Shown piece by piece: positions 28,600 to 49,898 of a stretch of DNA of 64,000 nt. The notes beneath the pieces are model-generated. The model saw nothing but the letters and a program-made list of their open reading frames with translations, was not told the origin of the DNA and ran no database searches. The position numbers were made by a program, and so were the translations under genes. The stretch is from the human T2T-CHM13v2.0 reference genome, Homo sapiens. The number at the start of each line of letters is the position of its first letter. Position 1 is the stretch's first letter. The stretch is from NCBI RefSeq assembly GCF_009914755.1, contig NC_060936.1; one strand, 5' to 3'.

Positions 28600-28760
28600 A
28601 ATATCATTGAATCTCCACAATATCTGTTATGAGATACATATTACCTCTATTTTCTAGTTGAGTAAACTTAATCTCATGGTTAAATAACTAGCTCAATATC
28701 ACATAGAAGTCCTAGTTTCTCTGACAGCAAAGCCTATAGCCTTTCAGTTACATTGTGCCT
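28600..28760 (-). mobile_element. MIR fragment
   Basis: tattacctctattttctagttgagtaaact...ggttaaataactagctcaatatcaca core. Confidence 0.6.
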
Positions 28761-30059
28761 CTGCTTTCCCTGCTCTGAAGTAACTTATTTCAACCAAGTC
28801 TGTTGGGTTTATTTTTTGTCATATTAAATGAGCTTGCTTACCAAGGTAATGTAATACTTGTATCAAAAATCAAGAAGAATTTGTAGCAAAAATGGACTGT
28901 GCATGCCAGCCAGAGAGAGGCACTTACTACATATGTCTGTAGATGCATTGCTTAAAGTGAAAATATACCTTATTCTGACATCAGTGTGCATAATAATGAT
29001 AGGTCTAAAAATGAGAGTTGTCAGAGCTCTCCTGGACTGACAGAGAATTAATTCATTTTACATACTGAAATAACAGATGCTCATTTCTCTTAATGATGAC
29101 ATTTGAGAATTCATTAAACAAGTCCATATTGATTGACAAACAGTGTTGACTACTGAACACAGTACTTTGTGCTACCCTTTCATTTGTTCCCCATTCTCAT
29201 ATCCTTGCCACTGTGAAAGTCTATTTCAATATGTCTGTATTTTGAAGAGGAAAAATATTTTTTATGACATATATTATTTTTCTATTTTAAAAACAACTTA
29301 GGACAGAAACACTATCAATATTGTCAATATTTTGTTTTTTTTTCCCCTTTTGATCATAGGTTCAGCATTTAGACCATATGAGAGTCAAGTGATGAATTGG
29401 CTGTGGCATTGCTGGTCCACAAATGTCAGTAAGGATGTGTTGGGGGATACATTTAGCCATGATAACTGATAATACTTCAAGAGTAGGGAAAAAATAGATC
29501 AACTTAACTATAACTCTAATAGGCAAAACCTCAGTTCTTTCAACATTGGGATAAGACTCATTAATTTTAATAAAATCTCTTTTGTTCGTCTCATGAAATG
29601 CTTCTAGTTTCTGTCATATTTTGAATCCTGTCAGATTTGTCATCTCAGGTTTCTTACCTCTGATAATTCATAAACGTACATTTCTTCTACTAGTATCTTT
29701 GTTTCATCATTAATGAATAACATCAAATCTGAGAAACATGCATTTACTATGTGATCAAACATTTATTTGAAAACCTCTTCTTTTAAAGTCAAAGGTGGAA
29801 TATTTTTCCACATCCTAGTCCTCAGGAGGCTCTGTCCTGTCTCTAGTATGCTGACAAGGTAACATTCTGCCAAGCAAACTTAATTTCCTTTCTTCCAAAG
29901 TAACTATAAGTGTTTGTATTATTCTTTTCACATTTTCATATCGAGTCACTCCAGAGAAAAGGGATAATGGGTTAAGGCTATTGCTCAATATTATGCCTTA
30001 TTGTAAAATTTTTTTGCTATAATTTTTATAACCTTGAAATTATTGTAATATAACTGCAT

Positions 30060-30305
30060 TTAGAGTAGCACAATGGTCGTAATTCATACTGCCTACGTTC
30101 AAATCTTAGCTTTGCCATTTAGAGCTATGTGTCTTTGGGCAATTTAATGAATTCTTCTGTGTCTCACTTTCCTCATGCATAATACAGATATTAATTGTAT
30201 TTATCTCTGTTGTGGGGATGAAATGTGTTAGTAGATATATAGAGGTACAGGGCTTAGAAAATTCTCTGGCACATATTTGGAGTTCAAAAAATGGTAGTTA
30301 TGTTT
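30060..30305 (+). mobile_element. MIR
   Basis: gttcaaatcttagctttgccatttagagctatgtgtctttgggcaatt...tctcactttcctcat core. Confidence 0.75.
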
Positions 30306-30774
30306 ATTATTGTTGCTGTTGCTGCTGCTGCTCTTGTAACTATTCGGGTGCTCAGTATCCATGTGCCCTATATTAATAAGAGGAAGTTCTTAAAACTGCA
30401 GAAAACCATTTGAGTCATCTAGAAAAATATCGATCTTATTGTAGAGATGAAGCACATCTTTGCAGATAAGTTCTTTTTTCACTGCAGTATACATTTGACA
30501 GTTGTAATATAATTCTTTTCTTCTCCCTACATTTTTCTTTATGCAACATAAATATGCACAAAGAAGTATTAAAGCCTCTTAAGTGTATACAATTTTAATA
30601 TGTGCATCTCAGCAATTCCAGGTATATTTGGGGAAAATCATAAAGTTATATTTTGGCAAATGTTATGATCCTTAGCTCAGTGAGGGCTTGAGGGTCTTGC
30701 AGAAGGAAGATTTTCATCTAGTGATAGAGTATCATTTTTTTTTCTTAACAAGATTGGAAAATATGTATATTATG

Positions 30775-30808
<34 letters not shown>
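30775..30808. repeat. Compound (TA)n(CA)n microsatellite
   Basis: Seen directly. Confidence 0.93.
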
Positions 30809-31350
30809 TTTCATATCAATGTCTATAATTCTCATTGTTTTCTAGTTTCAAATTTTTATGATATTTAGTCACACCAAAAATCCTTGGATAGAATTTAAGT
30901 GACTTTCTTCAGAGTATTCAGTTGCAATGCCAGAAAAGGAGATGTAGTGTTTAATATAGTTAATTGGGGGGAGAGTGAGACCAATTGGTAGACATTTCAA
31001 TATTGTTTCTCTGAGAGTAGAATAGGTTATAAAGGGACATAATCTAAGTATCTGCGTTTTTCAAATATTTGCTAGAGGTGTGCAGAGTAAGTAAAGGATA
31101 GAATCATAAAACTTCTAAGTTTTCTCTCCCTTTTTATATTGAAATGTCCTTATTTCATCCAAATATTTAGAGACTTACTTGAATATATTTTGTTTTCCTT
31201 TCCATAGAAACATTTTGTGATAACATTTACAATAACAAGATAATCTTGGTGTTACTTAATCATTGTTGAAAAGCACTGGGCTATGAAGATTTAGCTAAAA
31301 GAAAGGAAATTCAAGTTCTTATTTTTAAAATCCCCAAGTCAAGAACACCT

Positions 31351-31352
<2 letters not shown>

Positions 31353-31391
<39 letters not shown>
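31353..31391. repeat. Poly(T)39 homopolymer
   Basis: Uninterrupted T run with no adjacent Alu body. Confidence 0.95.
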
Positions 31392-31392
<1 letters not shown>

Positions 31393-31687
31393 TAAGGAAC
31401 AACTTTGAGAATCTAGCTGGCTGTTAAGTTATTCCTAAAAATGACCCAGATATACTCTTTTTGTCTTGCTGTTTCGAACTTTCAAAAAGGTACTATCTTC
31501 TGGGCTCAGAGTTTCATTATCACACAGTAGTAAGAGAAAATATCAGCAGACTCAGGATACAAGACAAAGAGAAGAAGAGTTTGCTAGTTTTATATCATAT
31601 AAATATTTAGTATTTTTTAAAATATGTAACTGCTGTAATTCCTATTATAATAGACATTCCACCACTTTTGAAATTGTTAGATTAGAT

Positions 31688-32158
31688 GGTGTTTTCGTTT
31701 GCATTCTCCAGAAGCAGACCTTGAAATGAAGATTGGAGGGAGAATAGCTTATTTGGGAGATCCAAGAAACACTTGTAGGAAAGTGGTGAGGCAAAGAAGG
31801 GAAGGAAACAGAAGTTAGCAGCTTTTATGGGTGACTGGAGTTCAAATCTTTTAGAAAACTCTGGGAAATTATATAACATACAAGTCTCAGAGTTATTTCA
31901 CAAAAGAGACAAATAAACTGGGGTCTTTAACCTCTAACTCCTGTTAGTCATTGATTGAGGGCTGCTTCTGGAGGAATGAGGGAGTGTTGTTAATTTTCTG
32001 GTATTTTTGGCTTGATAGGCACTTGCCACAATGGTTTTCCTCCCCTCCTAAGTCTTCTAGTCAAAGGATTCAGATACCATTAGTTGCAAGTCGGACAACA
32101 GTCATTCAAGTGGTAAGGTTAAAGAGATGTAAGTAGGGTACTAACTCCATTTGTTACA
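31688..32158 (-). mobile_element. ERVL LTR, LTR33-like
   Basis: ccagaagcagaccttgaaatgaagatt...tagcttatttgggagatcc...gggaaggaa resembles reverse LTR33; ends tgttaca. Confidence 0.65.
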
Positions 32159-32464
32159 AATGATCTACGCTGTTTTTCAAATTAAAGCTACCGAGTGTTC
32201 TTCTTAGGTGCTTGCAATCACACTTTTTCATTAAGTACCTCATTGCATAGGGATTGCTTATTTACGTGTATACTTTATTTTTGTTTACTTATGAAACTCC
32301 AGTGTATTTCCCAGTAGTTGCAGTAGTTGCTTAATAAACATTTCTTAAATAAATGAAAAAAGAATGTCCTCAGAATCAAGTATGTCATTTTACAATCTTC
32401 CATTATTAATTTTTTTCTAACAGTGGTAGTCTGTACCATTTCAATACATCTTATTTACTGGTAA

Positions 32465-32792
<328 letters not shown>

Positions 32793-32909
32793 ATTTACTG
32801 GTAAGCTTTTTATAGTACTTTTAAACACACTTTATAACCTTCTGTACCCAGGAGTACTTTTTCAGTCACTCTACTGTCCCACCTCATTTCCGTTTAATTA
32901 GAAGTTAGA

Positions 32910-33168
32910 TGTTCTCACTCATAAGTGGGAGTTGAACAATGAAAACACATGGACACAGGGAGGGGAACATCACACACCAGGGCCTATTGAGGGGTGGGGG
33001 TCTTGGAAGGGGAGGGAGAGCATTAGGACAAATACCTAATGCATGCAGGGCTTAAAACCTAGGTGACTGGTGAATAGGTGCAGCAAACCACCATGGCATA
33101 TGTACACCTATGTAAAAAACCTGCACGTTCTGCACATGTATCCCAGAATTTAAAGTAAAATAAAAAAA
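32910..33168 (+). mobile_element. Severely 5'-truncated L1 (L1PA8-like 3' end)
   Basis: ggacaaatacctaatgcatgcagggcttaaaacctag. TSD agaagttaga (32900) / agaagttgga (33169). Confidence 0.9.
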
Positions 33169-34349
33169 AGAAGTTGGAGTGAAGGAAATAAAATGCCATC
33201 CCATGCCTTGACATACCCAGATATAGAGGATGAGTATATGAAAGACCAAAAGTGAGATGATCCAATCACATAAATAAGTATGAATTCCCAGGTAAGTGCA
33301 TTTTACAGAGATGCAATGCAATTCAAGAGGTTGGCTCCACAGAGAAAAGAGAACAATAGATTGTCAGTAGGATTTTCAGTGAACAAGAGTTCCTGCCAGT
33401 TTGAGAGTGATCTAGGATATAATTACAGAAGTGCTGGCCAGATAGACAAGTTTACAAGGAAGATTAAGAGACTCTTTCATCAACTTAATGCTTCTTGTCA
33501 GTGCTTACATTTTCACACATATAATAAAATATTTTAAACATACTTGAATTTTGAATGATATTTTCAGTAGTTTGATTTCTTTGGTTCTTCTTATTCTTAA
33601 AGTTTATGCTCTCTGTTTTTGCTATGGCTTTCATTTTAAAATATAACTTATTATTATACCAATCTAACATCTGCCATCAAAATACACAGTGCTGAAGATT
33701 TTAACTTACTTCTGAATCAGAGTGCATTCTAAAACATTCAAAAGTGCTCATTTTGCTTATAGCAAATACATTTAAACTCATAGAGAAGTCGGTGTGTGTG
33801 TGCGCTTGTGTGCATGAACAAAAATCTACTTACCTAGCTATCTACCTGTCTATCTATGTATTTATACAGAGATGAAGAAGATGAAAAAGTATTTGAGAAG
33901 AGTTGCTTTAGTCCTGGCTAAGAAGTGATGATCTATTTATAGCTTTGTCTTTTTCCATGTTCTGTAAGGTAAGCCATGTCTCTCATCCATAATACTTAAA
34001 ATTTGCAAAGTTTGCAAATAGATGAGAGGGATATACTGTTTGTTAAATACATGTGCAAAGATTTTATAACTTTAGGATGGTAGATCTTTGAGGTTGAGGT
34101 GCTGTGTAAAGAAGGAAAACTAAAAATTATTATTTCAAATAATTTCCAGAGCCTGTAAGTCATTTCAAATTTTAGATTTAGCAAGCAAGAGTAAACTGGG
34201 ATTAATAATGGCTAACACTTTCTGTCATCATTATTTAATAGGTGCTGTCCTAAGCATTCTGCATAAATTTTCTCACTAAATCATAACAGTAACCCTAGTA
34301 ATAGACACTATTATACTTCACATCTTGAGCGTAGTGTTAAAAACTTAAG

Positions 34350-35215
34350 TAAATTGGACCTTTATCTTATACCATACACAAACATCAATTCACAATGGAT
34401 TAATGACTTAATGATAAAACCTGAAATCATATAACCCCTAAAAGAAAATATGTTACAATCTTCATAAAATTGGTCATCAACTTCATAAAACTGCCAATTC
34501 ATAAAATTGGCAGTAATTTCATGGATATGACACAAAAAGCACAGGCAACAAATGCAAAAAAGGAAAAATGAGACTACATCAAACTAAAAAGCTTCTACAC
34601 ATCAAAAGAAACAATCAATAGAATGAAAGGCAACCTATGAAATGGGAGATAATATTTGTAAACCATGTATCTGATAAGCAGCTAATTTCCAAAATATGTA
34701 AGGGACTTGCACAACTCAATAGCAAAAATAAAACGAAAAAAAAATTGATTTTTAAAAGGGTAAAGGACTTGGATAGACATTTCTCCAAATAAGACATACG
34801 AATGGCCTACAGGTATAAGAAAAGTTGTTCAACATCACTAATCTTCAGGCAAATGCAAATTATAACCACAATGAGATATCACATAACATCTGTTAGAATA
34901 ACTATTATCCAAAAAAATCAAAGCAAAACACAAAGATAACAAGTGTTGATAAAATTGTGGAGAAATTGGAACACTTGTACACTGTTGGTGGAAATGTTAA
35001 ATGGTTTAGCTGTTACAGAAACCAGTATAGAAGCTCCTGGAAAACTTAAAAATAGAACTACCATATGATCTATCATTTCCAATTCTGGGTATATATATAT
35101 ATGAATGAAGTTAGGATTTTAAAGAGTTTGTGCACTCTCCTGTTCATTGAAGCATTATTCACAGTAACCAAGAGACACAGAAACAACTTACACATTCTTT
35201 GAAAGAATGTGTTAC
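34350..35215 (+). mobile_element. Old L1 (L1MA/MB-like) ORF2 3' fragment
   Basis: ttggacctttatcttataccatacacaaac...gactacatcaaactaaaaagcttct...aatgcaaattataaccacaatgagatatcac. Confidence 0.85.
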
Positions 35216-37345
35216 ATTATTAGTTGAATTATCTCTCTTTATTTCATATGAGTTTAGCCACTTGAATTCAGGCATATTTCATTATTTTTTTTCTTCTCTA
35301 TGAGAGTATGTTTCAACATGAAAGTGATAATAAAAAACTGCTCAGTTTATATACTAGCACTTTAAATTTGAGCAAAATGGTTCTTTGAGACACATAATAG
35401 AACAAAAAATGTAATTTGTTAGATATTAAAAAGAATTTACTCTGTTCAAGGGGCAAATTTATAATACAATTTGGAAAAATTAGTCAAATCTTCAAGTATG
35501 TGGCATATACATTCACAGAAAGAAGAGACAGAGTTTCAAACTAGGGGCTCCTCTTATTAGGTTAATTAGAGAGTTCAGCTCAAACAGAAAGATACATGTG
35601 GGAAAAGGGGACATTGTGACAAGTACCAGATTTATAATCACATAAATGCCTTTGCTACTTAAAAAACTTACTTCCTTGGACCCAGACTGACTATATTTGG
35701 AAAAGTGATTAATTCTATTATATTTCTATCTTTTTAGTTGCCTCGGCTCCTCTCTTTGCACCTTGATAACTGTGGGCTGCAAATACAAGAGTCAAAGTAT
35801 GCAAATATAGCAGGCCAATGAGTAAATTCAGGACATGCTTACTTCAACAATTTTGCTTTCGCATGACGTGCATTTTGCAATACATGTAATTTGCAAGGTT
35901 GAAATCTTGCAAAACTAAAAGCCAAATCTCAATGTAAATTCCTTTTCCCTTGTGTAAATATTTATTACTGTCCTAAAACAAAGATTCACCATTCAAAATG
36001 TCACTGAGCCAACTGCAGATTTACAGAAGATCCTAAACTTGACTAAGGAGAACTAAATTAAAATCAATTTATATAATTTTTGATAACTATTCTAGAGCCT
36101 TCCCCAGTGCTGTAGCTTATTAACAGGTGTTACATTACCCTAGCCAGCTGTCAGTAACTGCTATCACCACTGCACATATAAAATGTACACAGAAATACAG
36201 CAAATATATTTCCCTAATATCATTCACCTCTGAGGTTAGATAATGTCAAGTTTGCTTATCTATCCTCTCCATTCTGATTCATTATTCAAAGGGAAGATAT
36301 TCAAGATTCACATTTTTTAAAAGTTGATTTTTCCAATCATTGTCATTGTTGATAAAAACTGACAAAATGCACTTTAAAATAGTTAGAAATATGTTCATTG
36401 CTATGCAAACACAAACTCTTAATGAATTTTTCTGCAAGTTAAATTATGGGAGAAAGTACCATGAAATTACATTTATTTTCAGTGTGACTTTCCCTTTCTA
36501 GTTATACACTTTTTTTTATCCCTGTGTTCTTTACAAGAACATAAGTCAACTCTACTCACTTTTCTCTTTTGTGAATTCTCTATACAGAATATCTTTTGGA
36601 TAGATATACTAAGAAATAATTAAACTTAGAATTCTGATAAATTATTTGCCCCTCTAGCAAGTTAAAGTGTAAAGAACCACTTAAGATCTTAAACTTTTAG
36701 AGTTTATTTATTTCAAATTAACTCACATATTGTCAAAGCTGCTGATTTTCCTCAAGCTATTTTCATTTCCCGTCAATCTCCCATGAGGTGTTTCTCAAGT
36801 TCCCTTTCAGCTGGCACATGTCTATTTTCCAAATTCCTTGCTTGACAGTTAAAGCAAATGTTATGTTTTTTTCTACTCTACTGATCAAATTTCTCCCAAA
36901 CATATTTTTAAATTTATGTCTCCCACCTGAATAGACTTGAAAGCGATATTCCTGGAAGTGGTGACTTCATATCAAAGTCAATTTCTTTATACGAATCCTG
37001 GCTCATGAGAATCAAGTCCTGTGTGACTGGGCACTCACTCAGCACAGAGGTTCAGCAATGATACCTGAACAGAATACATTCTAGGTGAGAGTGTTCTTAA
37101 CAAATAATCTAGTCTACTTCCAAGGTCAAGTCTTTTTCAGAGTCAGACCTTTCCTCTGAAGGGCTTTATTATATCAGACAGTTTCCAACGGGAATAAAAC
37201 TAGTCTTTTAAAATTGTTGAGCTTTATCTCATTCTCCTCCATCTGACAATCAGATATTAGAGATTTATGTAATCATGTGTCCAAAAGGGATTTAATGCTA
37301 CTTTTTTCCTTTTTTCTTTTCCCCCACAGGTGCTTGAAAAATAAG

Positions 37346-37469
37346 TAGTTTTTCAAATGACAACTCATGTCTTTCTAGGTTAAAAAAAAGAAAATAATAA
37401 TGTATTCATATCTTTCCCCATACAATGGAGCTTCAGGTTTTGAGATACAGTGTTTGAAATGAGAGAAAG
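37346..37469 (+). repeat. Copy 1 of a perfect 124-bp dispersed duplication
   Basis: Identical by eye to 38181-38304. Confidence 0.95.
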
Positions 37470-37612
37470 TTTTTTAATCCCCTTCTTCCATTTTAGTCAG
37501 ATAAAAAATGCCAACTTATATTAAATGATGAATTTGATTTGTTCTCTAGGCTTAACTGCATGGATTTAACTTTAAAATTTTCTCAACAAAATAACAAGGA
37601 AGAATTTAATAA

Positions 37613-37863
<251 letters not shown>

Positions 37864-38180
37864 TAAATATTATTAAGCCCATATTTCTTGATATTGAGAA
37901 CTGGATATTTAAATAAGTTGTTGAGGTCTCAAAATGTAAACACAAAAAACTAAAATCAGTATTGCAGTTAGGCTTTTAAATAAAGGCTAATTGCAAATAT
38001 CTAATTGCTAAGTTCATACTTGTGTAACAAATAGATATCTGTAGCCTGGACCAGTATAGAGAGAGTACAGGATAAAACTAATTTACACTCTTAGACACCA
38101 GCTTGAAGAAACTGATGGGTTATGATGTTCTGAGTCATAGAAGGAATGAGATATAAATAATAATGTTAAATATGTTCTAT

Positions 38181-38304
38181 TAGTTTTTCAAATGACAACT
38201 CATGTCTTTCTAGGTTAAAAAAAAGAAAATAATAATGTATTCATATCTTTCCCCATACAATGGAGCTTCAGGTTTTGAGATACAGTGTTTGAAATGAGAG
38301 AAAG
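38181..38304 (+). repeat. Copy 2 of a perfect 124-bp dispersed duplication
   Basis: Identical by eye to 37346-37469. Confidence 0.95.
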
Positions 38305-38461
38305 AGTATCCAAATAGTACCTATTTGGATCTAAGGATCATGTTGGTACCATAGAGACACTAAATCACAACATTATGAATACCTAGATAAAATTTTGTAT
38401 ATCCTATTCAAATAAGACCGTTTATGTCATGACATAGTATGTTCAATGTCTTTGTTTTGAA

Positions 38462-44566
<6,105 letters not shown>

Positions 44567-46482
44567 AGTTAAAAAGGCTGTCCAATATCTTTAACTCATT
44601 AAGTGCAAGGTACTTTTGAAACTATTCAACACTGTATTTTTTTTTTTTTGTAAAAGAAATTGGGTCATAAATCTTACAGTATACTCCAGTTAATGCAGCA
44701 CTTGACTTAACTTGATGCTTTTTAAGAAATGACAGAAAAATGACTTTTTTGGGGGGGTTCTTTGTTCAGAAGATGACAATTGTTTTGTTTTCAACACATA
44801 ATTTCCACTTTCAGTTTTCCTCTGATTTGAGGTCAGATGAATGTTATTCCTTGTTCTGGAGAAATACGTCAACATTATTTTGTAATACATGTAACTATTT
44901 TACATCAAGTAACATACCTTTGCATTATTTAGTCTGCTAAAATGCTACACACGCTCATGTATGCTTACAAAACTCAGCTATGTGGATATTCAATGATGCC
45001 TAAATGTTATTAGGTATTATTTTGTTTATAATTTCTACTTGATGCAGTAGTACCTGCCTAAGGAATGATATCCTCTGCATCTTTACACTTTTTTTCCACA
45101 TTTTATTGGGTTTTAGTAAGAATTCCTTAAAAAACAAACTTTATCAGACATTCTGATAATTACAATATGAGGTGGTTGAGTGATCCCTTCAGCAGAAAAC
45201 AAATACAAAACTGAAAAAATCAAAATATCATAATTTAGAATACCAGAAAACAATCAAATGCAAACAACAAATTGAGAAACAATTTTTCAAAACTCCAATA
45301 TTATTAGGTTAGAATGGTGGCAAATCTACAGCCTTCTTGTTTGAGGCTATTGCCATCCTACTCACCAGCTTAATTAGAGAAAACTATAGCTTTCACTGTT
45401 TGTGGTTGACGACTAAACCTAGTGACTTTGAAATAAGAGATGAAAGACACAATAGAAAGCTTCGGGGTAGTAGGATGTAGCAAAAACCCATGGCTTTTCC
45501 AGTTAAATGTAAGACTAGCTTTGTAACTACTGGAAAAAAACTTAGTTTTTCAATCCTGAGGTTACAGGCCAAGTGTGGGTTGAGAGAAAGAACAGCTAGG
45601 ATTTGACAGGAAGATCTGTAAGTGAGATAAAAAATAGAAATACTGATATAAAAAGCTGTAAATATTTATAGCTGATTTCTCAATTGTGCACATATGGAGA
45701 AATCTAGGAGGTCTCTGCAAAAAATAGAAGCCAAGGAAAATTCGAGAACCGGCTTTGACTTTGAAGAAGTTTCTTAAGCCACACACCTTGGTTTGCTAAA
45801 GTTAGAAGCATTATAGACTTAAGGTACGTAAACACAACATCCACCTGCGTCATTGGCTGACCACCAAACTCTGAAGCCATACTATGAATTCTCCTGCATC
45901 TCCCAAGAAAAGTAAAAAAGAAAAAAACTGATCAGATATAATCACAACTGCACACCCTAACACAATCTCATGTTAGTATACCTGTTCATCAAATCTTTGC
46001 CCTCAAGTCACCATAATGTCTGAGACAGATAAAACTGAATAACTATGAGAAGAAAATGAGACCAAAAGTTAAAATTTCGATATTAATTGCTATGAATTGA
46101 ATTAATTGATTTTAATTAACGGTTCTACAAAACCCTTCAGGCAGGCAGGAGAGTCTACCTGAGTTGGTTGTTGAAATATTTATTGGATTTAAAAATTCAG
46201 AGTTGATGTGGAATAAACATTTTTGGAAGAGGAATCAACATAGGTAAATGCACGTAGGCTCTAAACATCACATCATGGTGCTTTGAAAGCATCAAAAATA
46301 ATAGGGATGCTTCTCTACTAAAGTAAAACCCTAAGATTTTCTTTCAGAAACAATCTTATAAAGAAGTATATATTAGCAATCTTTTTCATTAAAATAAATG
46401 GGCAGTATATTATTATGTTAAAGTTACAATGTCAAAATTGAATTACTCTGATTTTTTTTTTAACCTTCTTTGGGTTTTAAAC

Positions 46483-46660
46483 ATTTTTTTTTTTTTTCTG
46501 TTTCTGAGACAAAGTCTCATTCTGTCGCCCAGGCTGGAGTGCCATCACGCAATCTCATGACCTTGGCTCACTGCAACCTTCACCTCCTGGGTTCAAGCTA
46601 TTCTCCTGCCTCAGCCTCCCAAAGTGCTGGGATTACAGGCATGAGCCACTGTGCTTGGCC
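46483..46660 (-). mobile_element. Alu collapsed to a monomer by left/right-arm deletion
   Basis: Right-arm ttctcctgcctcagcctccc runs directly into left-arm aaagtgctgggattacagg. Confidence 0.85.
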
Positions 46661-48569
46661 TTAAATATGTTTTCAAATCTCCCAACCTAGCACCTGTAAA
46701 TATATTTTTTGACAATATATATTTTTTCTTTAAGAACTCATGATATGGGTGACCTTTGCAATATAAAATTATGATCGTGTAAGAGAAAACCAAAGAAATA
46801 TAGTGAAATCAGACAAAATTATTAGTCTGTGTAACCCTTTTTAAGGAAATCAAGTGCATATCAATACAGATGTTAAGAAACAAACTAGAAAACATCTATT
46901 CATGTATAATATTCTTTTAAAAATTATAATAGGATTTACCTGAGGTATTACATTCAACATTAGTTTACCAATATGCAATTAAAATAAATTTACCTAATTT
47001 ACAAAGTAATGTTTATTTGTACTTACGTAATCTTAGGAATGATTAAAGCTGGCTAGAGCAATCCAGATGGTAGAGTAACTTTTCAAGAAATTGCCTAATA
47101 GAGTTCCTACTTGAGCCAAGTGTCTACATTTCTAGCTTGTTTATATTCCACTCCATCATGCAGCTTCTGAGTATTTCACTTTGAAAGTCACTCTGAGGTT
47201 AAGTTCTGATCAGACATTTTTTCAGGTGACCTGCAAGTAGCATTTCAGGTCCAAAATTTTGGAAGTGTTGGTTTTTAAAAAATAATTTATCTTTTTATAA
47301 ACATAATCAGTTTTTTATCAAAATCAACATTGTCAGATAAGATAAATGAACAAGATGTGTTAAGGAGATAAATTTTGAAACAAAAAATTTACTACATTGA
47401 TTGCACAGATTCACAATTTAAAAGTAAGTGTATATTTATTTTATTTTCAGCTTCTTAACACAATGTAAACTTATACCTGCTTCTGCTTCAGAAGACCCTG
47501 AAGTTTATAGAAAGCTAAAAGAAAACTTAAGGTGCTCATTTGTAAGTTATACCAAGTCTTTTAGAATATATACTATTGTGCTAAATGGGACTGGATTGGA
47601 TTGGCTAAAATAAACTGAATAAATTAGAAGTTAAGAGAGTCTCATAAAATTTCGGAGACTTTTCCTGCATAGCTTTTGGTACCAATCCAGAAATAAAGAG
47701 GGAGGTGTAAATGAAAAATTATTTCAAACCATATTGTCATGGTGACAAATAAGAATATGATAATAATACTTTAACTTTTATGAATCACATAAAGTTCTGA
47801 CTAATTTTAGCTGTACTTTCTCTCAAGTTTTGATTTTCACCCTTTTGCCAATAATCAATATCAATTTACACTAAATAAACTCCACCATTTACATACTATT
47901 GGCACTATATTTTCCTAGTTATCATTGTTAAATGCTTAGAAAAAAGTACTAAAATCTTAAGTGGTAATATAAAAATATTTGGTATTCATTTTTTAAATGA
48001 AAAGGCACTATTAGGTTTTAAAATGGGGTAATCATTTTGGAGAGTTAAAATCAGGCAAGTATCGAGACAGAGTATATAAACTAACATGTCTCAAGGGATA
48101 TTTATATAAAATATAAATATAAAATATCTTGAAATATAGGATATAGAAAATAAATTATTTTAAATAATCTATATATACATATTAAATGTTACTACACAGT
48201 AAGAGTTTTTCATTAAACTATGTCTCCTTTTAGCACCATCCTAATGTCAAACAATTTTTTTCTACGTGTATTGTTTTAGATATAATAATCAATTAGAAAC
48301 ATTTATAGTATTTCTAATAAACAGATACTCATTATGCAGGCTTATTTAAAAATAATTGTGACATGAAACTTACTATATATATACTCTTTATGGAGACCCA
48401 TATTTTAAATATGAAATAATGGATAAATTATTCAAGCATTTATCTCATAGTTCTTTATTTACTTTATTATGATACACCCTGACATAGGCTATCAGTGAAG
48501 TGTTCAAATGTAAAATGCATAACTCTCTTCACTTTGTAATGAAAAAAAGTAAAGTGCTTTTAAGGAACT

Positions 48570-48830
48570 ATCATCCTTATGAGAAGAAACACAACAGAGC
48601 CTGCTTCCTCTCTCTACTCTCCACCATTTGAGAACACAACTAGAAGAATACCATGAGAAGATGGCCACCTGCAAACCAGGAAGAAGGCCTTCACCATTAA
48701 CTTCACCATGCTGGCATTATAATCTAGGACTTTTAGCCTCTAGAACTGTGAGAAATGGATATTTGTTGTTTAAGCAATCAAATAGCATTGTTAGATGAAA
48801 GCCTTTGCTATGGATCAAATGATACTCAAC
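48570..48830 (+). mobile_element. MaLR LTR fragment (MLT1A/B-like)
   Basis: gagaagatggccacctgcaaaccaggaaga...ggacttttagcctctagaactgtgagaaat...ttgttgtttaagc. Confidence 0.8.
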
Positions 48831-48835
48831 ACTCA

Positions 48836-49180
<345 letters not shown>

Positions 49181-49634
49181 TCAAAGCTCAGAGGGGAAAA
49201 CTTTGCTTAATTTTTGTCAATCTGTGTCAGATATCAGCCCATAATTTCTACCTCAGTGTTAAAAAGTTTTCACTGTATGGGTAAATCCTTGCAACCTGAT
49301 AAAGATACACTTACCTCTGCCCAAAAAGAACAGAATTAAATATATTGCCAAAATTTCATTATCTATGTCAATAAAGGGGAACAAAGAATGAGATAATACG
49401 GATCCATAGTTAATTCAAAATACATCATACTTTTTCAGTGCAATAGATTACTTCTTTTTCCACCTTATTAAGCATGATTTACTAAGGTGATTTCTGAAAT
49501 TGATTTATAGTATTTTAGCACACACTCTGAGGTGTATCAGAATGGCCTAGGTGACAAATAGAAAATTTCTTAGAACAAACAATTATTCCCATTAATTTTT
49601 AAATAAGACATTTTTTATTTGTGAATTCACAAGG

Positions 49635-49898
49635 CAGATACTGGTTCTGTGGCATCTGACATTTATACAATTTTAGAGGTCCTCCTTAAGTAAAAAAAAA
49701 ATACAAATATAAAATTATACCACAAAAGTGAATCTTAATTAAAAGTGGTCATAATTTATTGTAATCAAATACTAAAATATTACATATTTTACAAAACTGT
49801 ATGAACATATTTCTAGAGCCCTTGGAAGATACCAATTCAAATGAGGAGCTCTCAAACTCAAGCTTCCTTAGCTTCACTGTAAATCTTTCATGACTCTG
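49635..49898. mobile_element. hAT-Tip100 relic (Arthur1/MER69-like)
   Basis: gcccttggaag...aagcttccttagcttcactgtaaatc...ctg terminus and tttatacaattttagaggtcctccttaag. Confidence 0.5.

Noticed and set aside
45140-45960. Possible ancient L1M 5' region
   Set aside because: Only A-rich bias and vague similarity; too degraded to call without an HMM search.
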